A DNA stretch of 64,000 bases from Bispira polyomma (Eukaryota). The translations under genes were made by a program, and so were the position numbers. Below the pieces are notes generated by a model. The model was not told where the DNA came from and searched no databases. It saw only the letters and a program-made list of their open reading frames with translations. Numbering within the stretch: position 1 is the stretch's first letter; each line of letters starts with the position of its first letter. The stretch spans positions 34,658,001 through 34,722,000 of the forward strand of contig OZ287748.1 of NCBI GenBank assembly GCA_965649765.1, in the 5' to 3' direction. Shown one piece after another: positions 53,033 to 64,000 of the stretch.

Positions 53033-54075
53033 TCCCACCCTCTTTACCTAGCCATTTGAATTGTGCATCGCCAAAGTCGTGGCGATCGCTACTCGGATCG
53101 CCACAAAAGTCTGAGGTATAGTAGGTACCAATATATTGTTTGTTTTTTTTTTCTTTAAGAAGCTGCTGAAACAAGGTAATTACGTCTCCTACACATCTAC
53201 TTTAAAGTAAAATCTTCCCCCTCTTACGATGCTTTTTAAAGGAGTTTTAATGGAAAAGAAGGAAAGGTACAGATATGTTAATATAGACCAGGGAACTTAT
53301 TATTATTCTTTATTACATTTTATTTTATGACATTAAGGCATCATAGGGTTCCTAGAACAGTCTTTCCTTTTACTAAAGCTAAATGCTAAGATGCTGTTAG
53401 GATCATATTCTAGAGGAAATAAATCATAGACCAGTAACAGGCATAAGTCAGTAATAACAACTGAGATAGAGAAGCTGTACAAGTATAGGTACAGACAACA
53501 AAAAACTTAACAGAGACAATTGTCCTAGAACCGGATCAGTACATAACACATGCCAGTATGTCTATTAGGCCATCAGCTTTTTTTATTCCTGGCATTAGAA
53601 ACAGAAGCCAATAAAGGCTGTTCAATTTCTGAAGTCCCATGTATCAGACTTTCAGAAAAACTTTGCTAAATGTCACTAGGTTCTATTTGTTTGTTTTTTT
53701 TGGTGCTCAAAATGATGTATAGTATCAAATAGTGGTAAATATGTGACATTACTGACAACAAATTAAGTCACTCGTAACTGTTGATGCAACTTAAATGAGA
53801 ATTAATCACAATAGAAAGATCATCAGAGTGAGCATATGTTTGTAGAAAAGTAATATACAATTATTGAATATATACAGTTATTAGCCCTTTAAAAGTAGTT
53901 CGTAATCCAAGTTTTAGTTGCTGGGTTTAAGTTCATTTTAGAATCTTAATAAACTTTAAGTTTGAACTATTCTGTAAATATTCACCTCTATACCAACGTG
54001 TAGAGAATAAAATTCCTTTTACTGTGTTCTACATTATACAGTTTATGTCATACTAAACCATCATCTACCTGTAAG

Positions 54076-54304
54076 TTACCATCTGTAGCTCATATAGCAT
54101 TTTACCACTCAGTTCACAACTTGACCTTTCAAGGTCATCTTCCATGAAAACTCTCCTCCTTGTCTTTCACTCTGTTCTAGATTGCATAGTTACACATACT
54201 AAGCAATCGCCTACCTTTATATTACCACCTGTAATTCAAATATCTATTCACCACTTAGTTTACAATTTGACCTTCCAAGGTTATCTTCTATCAAATTTTT
54301 TCTC
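54076..54304. repeat. Diverged direct repeat, period about 146 bp, containing a TTGACCT..AGGTCA palindrome
   Basis: 54076-54158 aligns with 54222-54304. Confidence 0.65.
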
Positions 54305-55125
54305 ACTGGCTCATTGACAAGGAACATGAACCAACAGGGATCTGTCAGTTCAATTCCAAAAATTAGCCCAATAGTTAAATATCCTGGGTGCTGGGTGCAA
54401 TCCACCACATAAATATAGCTGACAAAAACTGACACTTTGTTATCTCTTATAGCCAATGAGTCATAAACAAAGCACAGTGGTTCCTGAATGTGAAAATTGC
54501 CGAATATTATCAGTTGCCTTGGGTTCAGTCATGATAGGGCAGAGCTTGTGTTATCTAAATTTGTTTGGAAGGTCCATTGGTAAGATAACATCTTTGGGCA
54601 AGATGGCGGTCCTGTGTTACTGGGTCCCAACCCCAGTGACAGACTAAATATCATTGGGGACATTGACAAATGGTCATTCCTAAGACTCTCTCTTTAGTTA
54701 GGGGAATGATAGTAACTGATAGATTGCTAGTTGGAGTATTAGCAGTAAAAAAGGCCTTTTTTTTATACATTTATTTCACTATATATTATAATATTACAAT
54801 TATAGACAACAGGAATGTTACAATTATTTACATTTCCAAAACAACATAGATATAACAGTCCAAAAAATACATATATACAGTATATATATATTCGAAAAAT
54901 AAAAAATAGGTTACACACCTGTACATATTCAAGTACTTTTGTATAATACATATGAAATATATGCTCTTAGAAAATAATATTAACTACAAGTACAAATTGA
55001 GAAAACAAGTAAATCGAAATTATTTTTGTCGAAATACATTACATTACCGTTAAAGGGATAAATATATACTACAACTGGTAACTTTCTCAAAAGGTAGAGT
55101 TTTTATACTTAGGTGTATGATCACC

Positions 55126-58100
55126 TTAGATTCCTCCAAAAAGTGATTACCAAAACCGCCATTTTTTATCAAATATATCGGATGCCAAAGTAATTTTAGA
55201 AACATATTTTTCTTCAAAGTATCTTTTTTTATCTGCTTTTAAAGAGAAAAGATATCCAAATTATTTTTTTTTCTTTGAACAACAGTAAATATAATATCTT
55301 GTGGATAAAAGAACAATATTTAAGGGCCAAAATTTTTTATCTGGCGTGCAATACCCGAGAATTTTTGTGCTGTCATCTAACAATACCTTAAAAATTTAAC
55401 TTTCTATAAATCCACTGCTTAGTATTTTCCCAGAGATCTACTACTTTTGAACATTGTACAAAAAGATGGGTTATACTTTCGGGATGCTGTTTACATAGTG
55501 AACACAAGTTACATTCGGCTATTTTAACCTTAAATAAGTATTCTTTAGGATCTAAAATGTTGAATATAGTTTTGTACTGAAACCAAATTAGCGCATTGTC
55601 TACAACAGATTTAAAACAAGCTTTGAATATCCATCTCCATTCTTCATCTAAGTCATTGTGTGTTCCTAGTAGTTGTATCCACTTTGCTTTGCATAAAGGT
55701 AGATTATCATCAATTTGTCAATAAATCTATCATCAATAAAACGATTTACATCTTTTATTGTATTTTTTTAGCAACTTTAGATGTAATAGACAAGCCGGTC
55801 TGATATACAATGTCGAGTTGCCTTTTTTGTATCTGAATATGCATTTTTGTACTAATATTTTGATTGTATAATAATCTACTATATTTGTGTTAAAATTGTA
55901 TTTGTTTTTCAAATCTTCAATAGTTACTACATTCAAATGTGAGTCAATGATATCACCAGTTAAATATACATTGTTCTTAAACCATTTAGGGAAGAAAAGA
56001 GTTTGGTCTGAAATTTGGTTATTGTACCAAAGACATGTTTGTGTGATTTCTGAATTACAGGATATGTTTAGTTTCCTGTATAACAAATGCCAAGTGGTGA
56101 AAACTTCAATCCAAAAGTTGTTTTTAATGTTCTTTACTAACACCATTCCCCACTCCCCACCCATCATTAAGAATTTATGTAGTTTGCCACTTATTTCAGC
56201 AAGTAACTTGTACCACTAAGAACCATTACCCAAAAGGATTCTTCTTATCCATGAAACTTTCAATGCTTGAATAAAATGACGTATGTTGACCATTTTTAAG
56301 CCACCATCAAAGTAATTTTTGCATATTGTATTTCTTTTGATCTTGTCCAGTTTTTTTGTTTCATAGAAATTGAAAAATATTTTGTTGATTTCCCCTACAA
56401 AACTTTCTGGCATTGGTAAAGAGGTAAAAAGATGAATAAATTTGTACAACAAAGTTGTTTTTATCACTGTTATTTTTCCTAATGGAGTGAGTTTTCGGCT
56501 TTGCCATATTTGGATATCTTTTTTAATTGTTTCTGTAGCCTTTTCATAATTTTCTTCTGGCATAGTACTCAAATTTACTAAAAATTCTATTCTTAATAAT
56601 GTAAATTCAGTTTTACCCCAATCCAGTGTTTCAAAGATAATCATTTTTTCTTTTGAATATCTTTTCCTATTTTCCTACCTATCCATATTACTTTGGTCTG
56701 TTCCTTATTCATTTTCAGCCCTGAGAAGTTACCAAAAATCTCAATTGTATTTAAAGCTGATTGTAGAGAGTGCTGGCTTCCATCTAAGATTAAATTGATG
56801 TCATCTGCAAACTGTGTTTAAATTTGGTAGAATTCAGATAAAATCCTACAATATTAGGGTTTATTTTGATTAACATAGAGATAATTTCTGCCCCTATCAA
56901 AAACAAATATGGAGAAAGTGGGTCCCCTTGTCTGCAACCCCTTTGGATTGCTATTTCTTGTAATAAAAAAACACACTGTAAAACATAAGCTTTAATATCA
57001 GTGTTAAACATTTGTACCCATTTGATGAAACTTTCTTTATAGTCAGAGAAAGATAGAGCTTTGTATAAAATACGCCAGGAAATAGAGTCAAAAGCTTTTT
57101 CGAAATCTAAAAGTAGCAAAAGCCCAGAAATATTTTTAGTTTCAGAAATTTGCATAATATCGTATATCAATCGTGTTCTTTCACTCATTTGTCTATCGGG
57201 TATAAAACCTGTTTGAGTTTTAGATATAACTTGATCGAGAGTATGTTTAAATCTATGAGACAAAACTCCTGAAGCTAGTTTATAGATGACACATAGAAGA
57301 GATATTGGACGCCAATTTTTAAGCAAGCTCCTGTTTTTGTTTCCTTTAGGGATACATGTAATTATGCACTTGCGTAGAGTAGTTGATAATTTACCCTTTT
57401 TAAAACAGCAGTTGGTAAAGAAGTACTTTAATTTTCCCCAAAATACTTTTAAAAATTCAGAGTTGATACCATCCAGCCCAGGAGTGTTATTGTTTTTCAT
57501 TCTTTTCAAAACCATTCCCAGATGTTTGTAGAGGTCCTCCCAACTCGGTGTCTTTAATTTTATTCATTTGGATCTTTTCTAAAAGTTGTGCAAGATCCAC
57601 ATGTTTTAATTCACTATCTCTACTTTTGAAAAGGTTTTCATAGTATTTTTATATGGACCATTATTTGGTCTTGGTCCGTACCATAATGATTTTCATTTAT
57701 TTGCAGTTTCTTTATGGTTTTATCTACAAATTTTTACTTTCTGGGTTGCAAAGGAAATTGGAAGGTTTTTCTCCATCAATGAGCCATTGTGTTCGCAATC
57801 TTATAGCTTCTCCTTTGACCCTATCTGCTCCAATACACTCTAATTCTGATTTCTTGTTCAATAATAATTGAACATTACTGCTATGCAATTGCTACATGAT
57901 TCCAAGTTTGTTATGTCCTTAATAAGTAGATTTTCTTTGCGATTTTTTGATTTTTTCAAGAAAGAGGCAAATTTGATTGTTTCTCCTCTTATTCTAAAAA
58001 GAAGAACTTCCAGATAAAGATCCTCATCGATAGTAAAAGAAATATAATCATATTTGGTCATTAAGAATTCTATATTATTAACTGGCAGTGCATACTTATA

Positions 58101-58924
58101 AATCTCCTCTTGTATTATGTTATTTATTAAATTTACATTTTTTAGTAAACTATTGTTAAATTTCCAAAACCCTTTACCGACTTTAAATTTGTTTAGTTCA
58201 ATCTCTGGACTTATAATAGAATGGTTTGACCGATAACCTGGTTTAATATCACATGTATTTACTATATCAGTCAATGCATTTGACACCAAAAAAAAGTCCA
58301 GTCTGGCCTGCTTCAGCGGATTTTGTTTTTTCCAGGTATACTTATGACTAGTTGGGTGAAGGTATTGATAGATATCCAACAGCTCCAATTCATTTGACAG
58401 GTTCAAGACAGATGATCTTGCCTTGGGGTTGTTCACATGCTTATAATTATATGTGTCTATTATCGGGTCCAGTACTAAGTTAAAATGTCTGCACAAAAAT
58501 TTGGTAATATGATTTATGCTTTTGCAAACAGATTTTAATTTCTGTAAAAAAATCGAGACAATCTATATTTGGGGCATATAGCGATAGTAAATTTATAATA
58601 CCCACACCTGTTTTAACATTCAGAACAATAAAGTTTCCTTCGTTGTCCATAGTGAAAGAAAGTATTTCAAATCCAAAATTATTATTGAACAATATTGCAA
58701 CTCCTCTCGAGTTTGTTTTTGATCCATTAATATAGCAATTGTTGCCCCACATTTATTTCACTTTTTTTATTAGATCTTTTTTGATACAATGTGTATCCTG
58801 GAAAGATACAATACTAGCTTTAGTTTCTTTGAAGGACATCTCTTCGTTTTTGTAAATTTTGTAAGCCTTGACAGTTTGCGAATAGCATCACGATACTATT
58901 TCCGGAAAAGTTTTTCACTATCAT
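55126..58924 (-). pseudogene. LINE ORF2: AP endonuclease, RT and C-terminal Cys/His region
   Basis: NCQGL, QDTH, SRGVAIL, YAPN, RLDFFL, SNH, WKFNNSLL, PGLDG, NWRPISLL, DFEKAFDS, GCRQGDPLSPYLF and FADD. Confidence 0.95.
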
Positions 58925-59321
58925 AGGAAGTACTCTCTACACTTACAAGTATAAACTTCATTATACAAAGTTTCATTGAACAGTATAGTAATAATGAATA
59001 TGATTGATGGACAATATTGTCTACCGTTTCCTTCAATTCGTCTATCATTCTATATAAATAATTTATTTTAACTAATCTGATTTCACAGAAATAAAAATGA
59101 TAAACAACAACACTAACAACATAACTTATGTACACACAAATATAAAGTAAAAATACTAGTACAAGTCCTTCCTCAGGTAAGACGCCCATTATTAGTTTTT
59201 TACTGAATCACTTTTCTATACAAGATACTGTTTTAATCTACAAAGTAACCCTCTTTTTCTTGTACTTAACAACATACACTATCGAATATACAGATATTCT
59301 ATATTGTGAGAGACTTTAAAA

Positions 59322-59738
59322 ACTAATTTGAATAAATATCTCGGTAAATCCACATACACTACAAGACCACAAACTCCCCCAGCAAGATATTAATCTCTGG
59401 TGTAAGAAGAATCAAAAATAGAATCTAATTTGAATAAATATCTCAGTAAATTCACATACACTACAATAACACAAACTCCACACCAGCAGGATATTACTCT
59501 CTGGTGCAAGAAGAATAAAATATAGAATCTAATATGAATAAATATATCAGTAAATCCACATACACTACAATAACACAAACTCCCCACCAGCAAGATATTA
59601 CTCTCTGATGCAAGAAGAATCAAATATAAAATCTAATTTGAATGAATATCTCGGTAAATCCACATACACTACAATAACACAGACTCTCCACCAGCAAGAT
59701 ATTACTCTCTGGTGCAAGAAGTATCAAATATAGAATCT
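59322..59738. repeat. About 103-bp tandem repeat, four copies, between LINE ORF1 and ORF2
   Basis: Unit CTAATTTGAATAAATATCTCGGTAAATCCACATACACTACAA...CCAGCAAGATATTACTCTCTGGTGCAAGAAGAATCAAATATAGAAT. Confidence 0.95.
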
Positions 59739-59839
59739 ATAGATCCACATTATTATTATTTGCTATTTGTTACAATTGTTTTATCAAATTTTGATTAATT
59801 AAAGATGTTCTATCTAAATCTATAAGGTTTTGACAACTA

Positions 59840-60280
59840 TGCCTGTACTTTTGATATATTGAGGACTTCACTGGGCACTTTTCTGATTCAATCAAAATGG
59901 GCTTTTTCAAAGATAATTCCGCCATGATTGCGTGAAACTATAAACACGATATTTGAGAAGTTTTTTTTGCCACATTAAGTCCTTTAAAATGGCACTTCCA
60001 CCCCATTCACCGTCATCACAGTATTCCTTCACCATCTGCCCTTCACCGTCCATGTAATCATAAGCATACAGAATGTGGTCACTCCTTGACGACCTGTCAT
60101 TTTGCAGCACAGCTCTCAGTGATTGGATTGCTTCGGCTTGTGTGTGAATTGGGTACAGGTGACCTTGAAACACACTTCTTTTTATGTGGTGTTAGTCTGA
60201 GTGCAACATGATGTCAAAGGAGAAAGGCTCACCTAAAAATGTAACGTAGTCCCATGGTTTTAGCTCAAAGGCGTCTGTGT
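59840..60280 (-). pseudogene. IMPACT/YigZ (UPF0029)-like domain, probably the C-terminus of LINE ORF1
   Basis: SVFQGH...DHILYAY...YCDDGEWGGSAILKDLM, then after a frameshift NIVFIVSRNHGG. This fits the family pattern SxFxAH / HNxYAY / DDGE / VSRxxGG. Confidence 0.78.
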
Positions 60281-61077
60281 TGAGCTTTGAATTTTCATTC
60301 ATATTTAGATACTTGAAAATAACTTGCTCTATAATTAACAATAATGTAATAACTAGTATAGATCTAACCCCAATGGAAATTAAATTCCAAAAATGTTTCG
60401 ATTCATCACAGCAAGAAAATAAATATGTAATGGTTTTTTCAGCATTTGAACATAAATATTGGAATCATCGTTATGTGTGGTAGTTAAAGTTTTTCTAACC
60501 AAAAAAAAAGGTTAAGTGCCTGTTAAAGTAAGATAAATTGTTGCCAATCACACTTCTAGGACAGCATCTACAATTTGTGACACTTTTTAGTCACCTTTCA
60601 CGTTTATTAGTTGAAAATTACCAGTGTACCAAAAGCAATATGAGAAAAGAACTATTAAAGAAAAGACCGTGATATTAAAAGATCTGTTAAAGATTTTTTC
60701 ATCAGGAAAAATATCTCCACACTAAAATCCCATGTTTAGTAGATCAGTACAAAGTGGAAAAACAGTATTCCGTGCTGTGATCTTCTTACTCTACAAAAAG
60801 ACACTAATTCTACATGAAGGCCACTAAAGGGCTGTAGTGCAAACCTATACTGGCTGCACAATATGCAGGTAATTGTAATTGTTTGGTAATTGTGTTGATG
60901 TGCACAGTCCACAGAGAAATGAGAGTAATACCTCCCAGATGGAATGTTATGGTTTAACTACAGTAGATCTGCAATTAAATGGGGTATTTGCCTACCACTG
61001 GTACATAACGTCATCACATTCCAGTGCCTAATGAATTGTTCTTATCTTACAGCATTTTGTCCTTTCAAATTTACTAC

Positions 61078-61265
61078 NNNNNNNNNNNNNNNNNNNNNNN
61101 NNNNNNNNNNNNNNNNNNNNNNNNNNNNNNNNNNNNNNNNNNNNNNNNNNNNNNNNNNNNNNNNNNNNNNNNNNNNNNNNNNNNNNNNNNNNNNNNNNNN
61201 NNNNNNNNNNNNNNNNNNNNNNNNNNNNNNNNNNNNNNNNNNNNNNNNNNNNNNNNNNNNNNNNN
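61078..61265. other. Assembly gap
   Basis: Run of 188 N. Confidence 1.
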
Positions 61266-61615
61266 NTGCTGGCTTTAAGTTAATGTTCCCTCATACCTAT
61301 GAGGTCACCTTAGCTTAAATAGAATATAGTGTGTAACTATAACGTAGTTAATTATTAAATATACTCACAATTGGCAACAGGTACCTCTTATTTATTCCTT
61401 AAACTCACAAATTTAGAATTTCAATTAGCTAAGTAGCTCTTAATTCCCATTTTCAAACTCATGGTACCTGCTGCCCTTGTTAGGGTGACCTTAGTCATTT
61501 AAGAGATCCCTAGATATGTTATAATAAAGTATATGTCTTGTGTTGTACATAAAATGTAGTAGTAGTAAAATAATATGTTACACCCGCAATACTCAGTGTA
61601 CTCACTGGTCACCCA
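61266..61615 (+). repeat. 3' (B-repeat-like) end of another YR element next to the gap
   Basis: AGGTCACCTTA, AGGGTGACCTTA and TGTACATA...CCGCAAT as in the other tails; it interrupts two otherwise neighbouring background blocks. Confidence 0.55.
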
Positions 61616-64000
61616 TAGACTACTTACTTTTACTGTTTTTGTAGGTTTTATGGAACAACCTTACTAATAAGTTCAGATCACAAGAAGCACTTTTGGGAGA
61701 GAACTTTGAAACTTACGGACCCACCCTTGATTGTTTTGTATCCACATGCTACTTCCTTCCTTACGATTTTTACAATTTTTGGGTATATTCTTTGGTTGAT
61801 AGATTTTGATGTTACATTTTAGAAGCTGATTACCATCATATACTGGATTCTACATTGCATTTGTATGTGAGAGATCTTCTGAAGCATAACAACAAAATCA
61901 ATTAACCAAGGAATGACATTTGTTGCGGTAGACAAAGATTTACTTTGGCATTGTAAGGGTTGAGAGCAAGATTTGAGTGTCATCAGCATACATGTTGTGT
62001 TTAACATTGTGATTATTAGTATGTGTGCTGAGGAGATGTATATAGAGGGTAAAAAGCCTGACGACTGACCCCTGGGGTAGTTTGTATGGCAGGTTGAAAG
62101 AGGATGATCAGTATATATGTCTGCCCATTGGTCTTGATGATATATTTTGCAAAGTGTTTATTTTCATGCCATATTTGATGAATTGATGAAATGTTTTTCA
62201 CTCCCTTTTGTCTTAGAAAAGTCAAATAAAACTAGATGATAAATGTTGCCCCAAAGGAATTGGTATTTGCCATTTGAAGAATATTTCACATTGAGATACT
62301 GGACAGAACTTTATAGCACCACTAAAATATTTTAAGACATTGTAAAAATAACTACATGTCAGGAAATAGGGAAAAGATCAAAACGTAATAAACCCAGACA
62401 CACACTTTTGTGAGTCATGGTAAAAATATCGGTGCAATTATGTGAAGATAACTATTTGCCTGCTGTGATTATAGCTACAGGGTAATAATTTTCTGTAGTT
62501 AGTTATCCATTTTTAAAGGGATGTATATGATTAGTTAGTACATGTAATGCCCTATGCTTTTAGTAGCTCTGTCTAGTCTGCAGATGCCATGATGATGGAT
62601 TGTGTTACTCGGCACATATGTTTTGATTTGCAAACACTAAAAATTATCAGGATATATTTCACTCATTTTATTTTTTATTTTTTATTTATAACAAACTACA
62701 GACTTTCAATTGCATTCAAATATTCACTATTTCAAATATATTCACTTTATAGAAAGAATACATATAAAAGGTAATGATAAAATGTCTGAAATGAGAATGA
62801 ACTTTCAGATGAGACAGTCTCCATTTTAAGTATCTATCATTTTGTACATGGTTAAAATAGTTTTGATTTATAACGAAGTTGTATTTAATAATTTTGGGTC
62901 TAACATCGTTGTCATAACAACCAGTGGTACACTTGCCACCTGTACGTATATGACAACAATATGTAACTAAATAGCCAGAAATAGCTATAGTTCAAATTCT
63001 TGCCTAATAAAATAACAAAAACAATCCATTACTATTTTTTAGGACCTGGTGAAAAAACAACATTTGATATTTTTGGAACTTATCATTAAATGCAGTATTT
63101 ACTCATTTATGAAATTCCCTTTTAAAATATTCAAAATTCTTTTGGAAATCAATCAATTGTTAATTAATTGCGAGTTATTTATTTTTGTAAAAGTCAAAAG
63201 GTGAGTAGTTTTCTGAGTATTTCACCTTTTTCTTGGATTGTAAAAAAGGCACGATGAAGCCATCAGGATACAGTGAGCAGTGCAGGCAGGTATTTTCCTA
63301 GCACAGTATTCACCAGTAAATGTGTAGTAATATTGATCAGACAGATTTACCCCTTTAATTGATACCCCACCTGACGTGTGGAATCTGAAACCTCTCTACC
63401 ATTCAACAGGCTCAAAGTTTGAAATTCTGAGTGATATAAACCTACATTTATACAACATTTTACAGGGAGCAGCTGCATTCATGCATTGCACACCTAGTGT
63501 TTGGTTACATTTGATTTTCACAAACATCTAAAATAAGTTTGTAGAATTCTGTCAGTACTGTCAAATCTACAAGTACCTTACTGGGTAACATCTACTATTA
63601 GTTCCCGATTATTTAACTCATCATTATATCTTTCCCTTTGTCTGAAATACATTCATTCTCTTAGTTACTGTTGTTTATTGTCAATTTTCGTTTGGGCAGG
63701 GATAGAATTCCGTAGGAAGTCAGGACAAACTCTCAAAGCAGTACCGAGAGAAGTAAGCATTTGATTAATGTGTACTGTATCAATACTTCGAACCATTGCA
63801 AAACTTTTATTAGAAGGCATCAATTGTTACCCAGTGACAGACATAAGCTAGCAATAACACCCGAGACAGAAAAACTGTAAATGTGTGGATATACAAACAA
63901 AAGAATGGTGTATCTTAACCTAACAGAGAAATTTCACCTTATTTAACTCCAAACATTGTGCAACGAAACATTAAAAATGAGATTAGATTCTGTTTATTCT

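Larger units (their letters stand above)
54757..60280 (-). mobile_element. Non-LTR retrotransposon (L1/Tx1-like LINE), 5'-truncated and decayed
   Basis: Endonuclease, RT and zinc-knuckle ORF2; AATAAA and A tail at 54757-54775 on the minus strand; upstream ORF remnant. Confidence 0.92.
22010..63340. repeat. Large diverged tandem array forming the non-TE background (about four partial copies of a multi-kb unit)
   Basis: The same blocks recur in the same order: 25360/41560; 22010/25850/42100; 26450/48090/60720; 48690/61640; 27080/32860/49240; 33040/49550/62230; 22700/33700/50846; 24180/34600/52300; 34940/53240. Confidence 0.8.

Noticed and set aside
52879-53174. Pro-rich and Gly-rich ORFs
   Set aside because: Translations of the minisatellite.
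54757-54800. This LINE as the mobilising partner of the SINE
   Set aside because: No shared 3' tail sequence is visible beyond the A run.
59322-59738. CRISPR-like array
   Set aside because: The whole unit of about 103 bp repeats with no unique spacers, there are no cas genes, and the context is eukaryotic.
59840-60280. Bacterial yigZ contamination or the host IMPACT gene
   Set aside because: It is frameshifted, intronless, lacks a visible RWD domain or bacterial neighbours, and is collinear with a LINE.

Overview
AT-rich metazoan genomic DNA, probably a mollusc or other lophotrochozoan (inferred from the repeat types). I find no intact host gene. The window is dominated by decayed tyrosine-recombinase (YR) retrotransposons of the DIRS order. 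They are Ngaro-like: gag with zinc fingers, RT/RNase H, YR, and no methyltransferase. Family A copies lie at 6398-10944, 12545-16175, 27411-32430 and 42646-47868, with an inverted RT fragment at 16170-17290. Family B copies lie at 1-2279 (minus) and 35414-40241. There is also a short non-autonomous unit at about 18010-19443. Other content: two young tRNA-derived SINEs with target-site duplications, a MITE, and a 5'-truncated L1/Tx1-like LINE (54757-60280, minus) whose upstream ORF carries an IMPACT/YigZ-like domain. These elements sit in a background built from a large, diverged, roughly four-copy tandem unit. Comparing the YR elements reveals several conserved signals. (1) A phase-1 splice donor in gag and a phase-1 acceptor at the start of YR predict a Gag(N)-YR fusion, still fully open (470 aa) in the 42.6-47.9 kb copy. 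(2) A -1 frameshift cassette (A AAA AAC plus hairpin) lies at the gag/pol junction. (3) The 3' terminus (...ACTG) is complementary to a CAGT-led segment about 30 nt inside the 5' end. (4) Arrays of AAGGTNACCTT palindromes occur in the 3' repeat. All alignments were done by eye and no database search was run.
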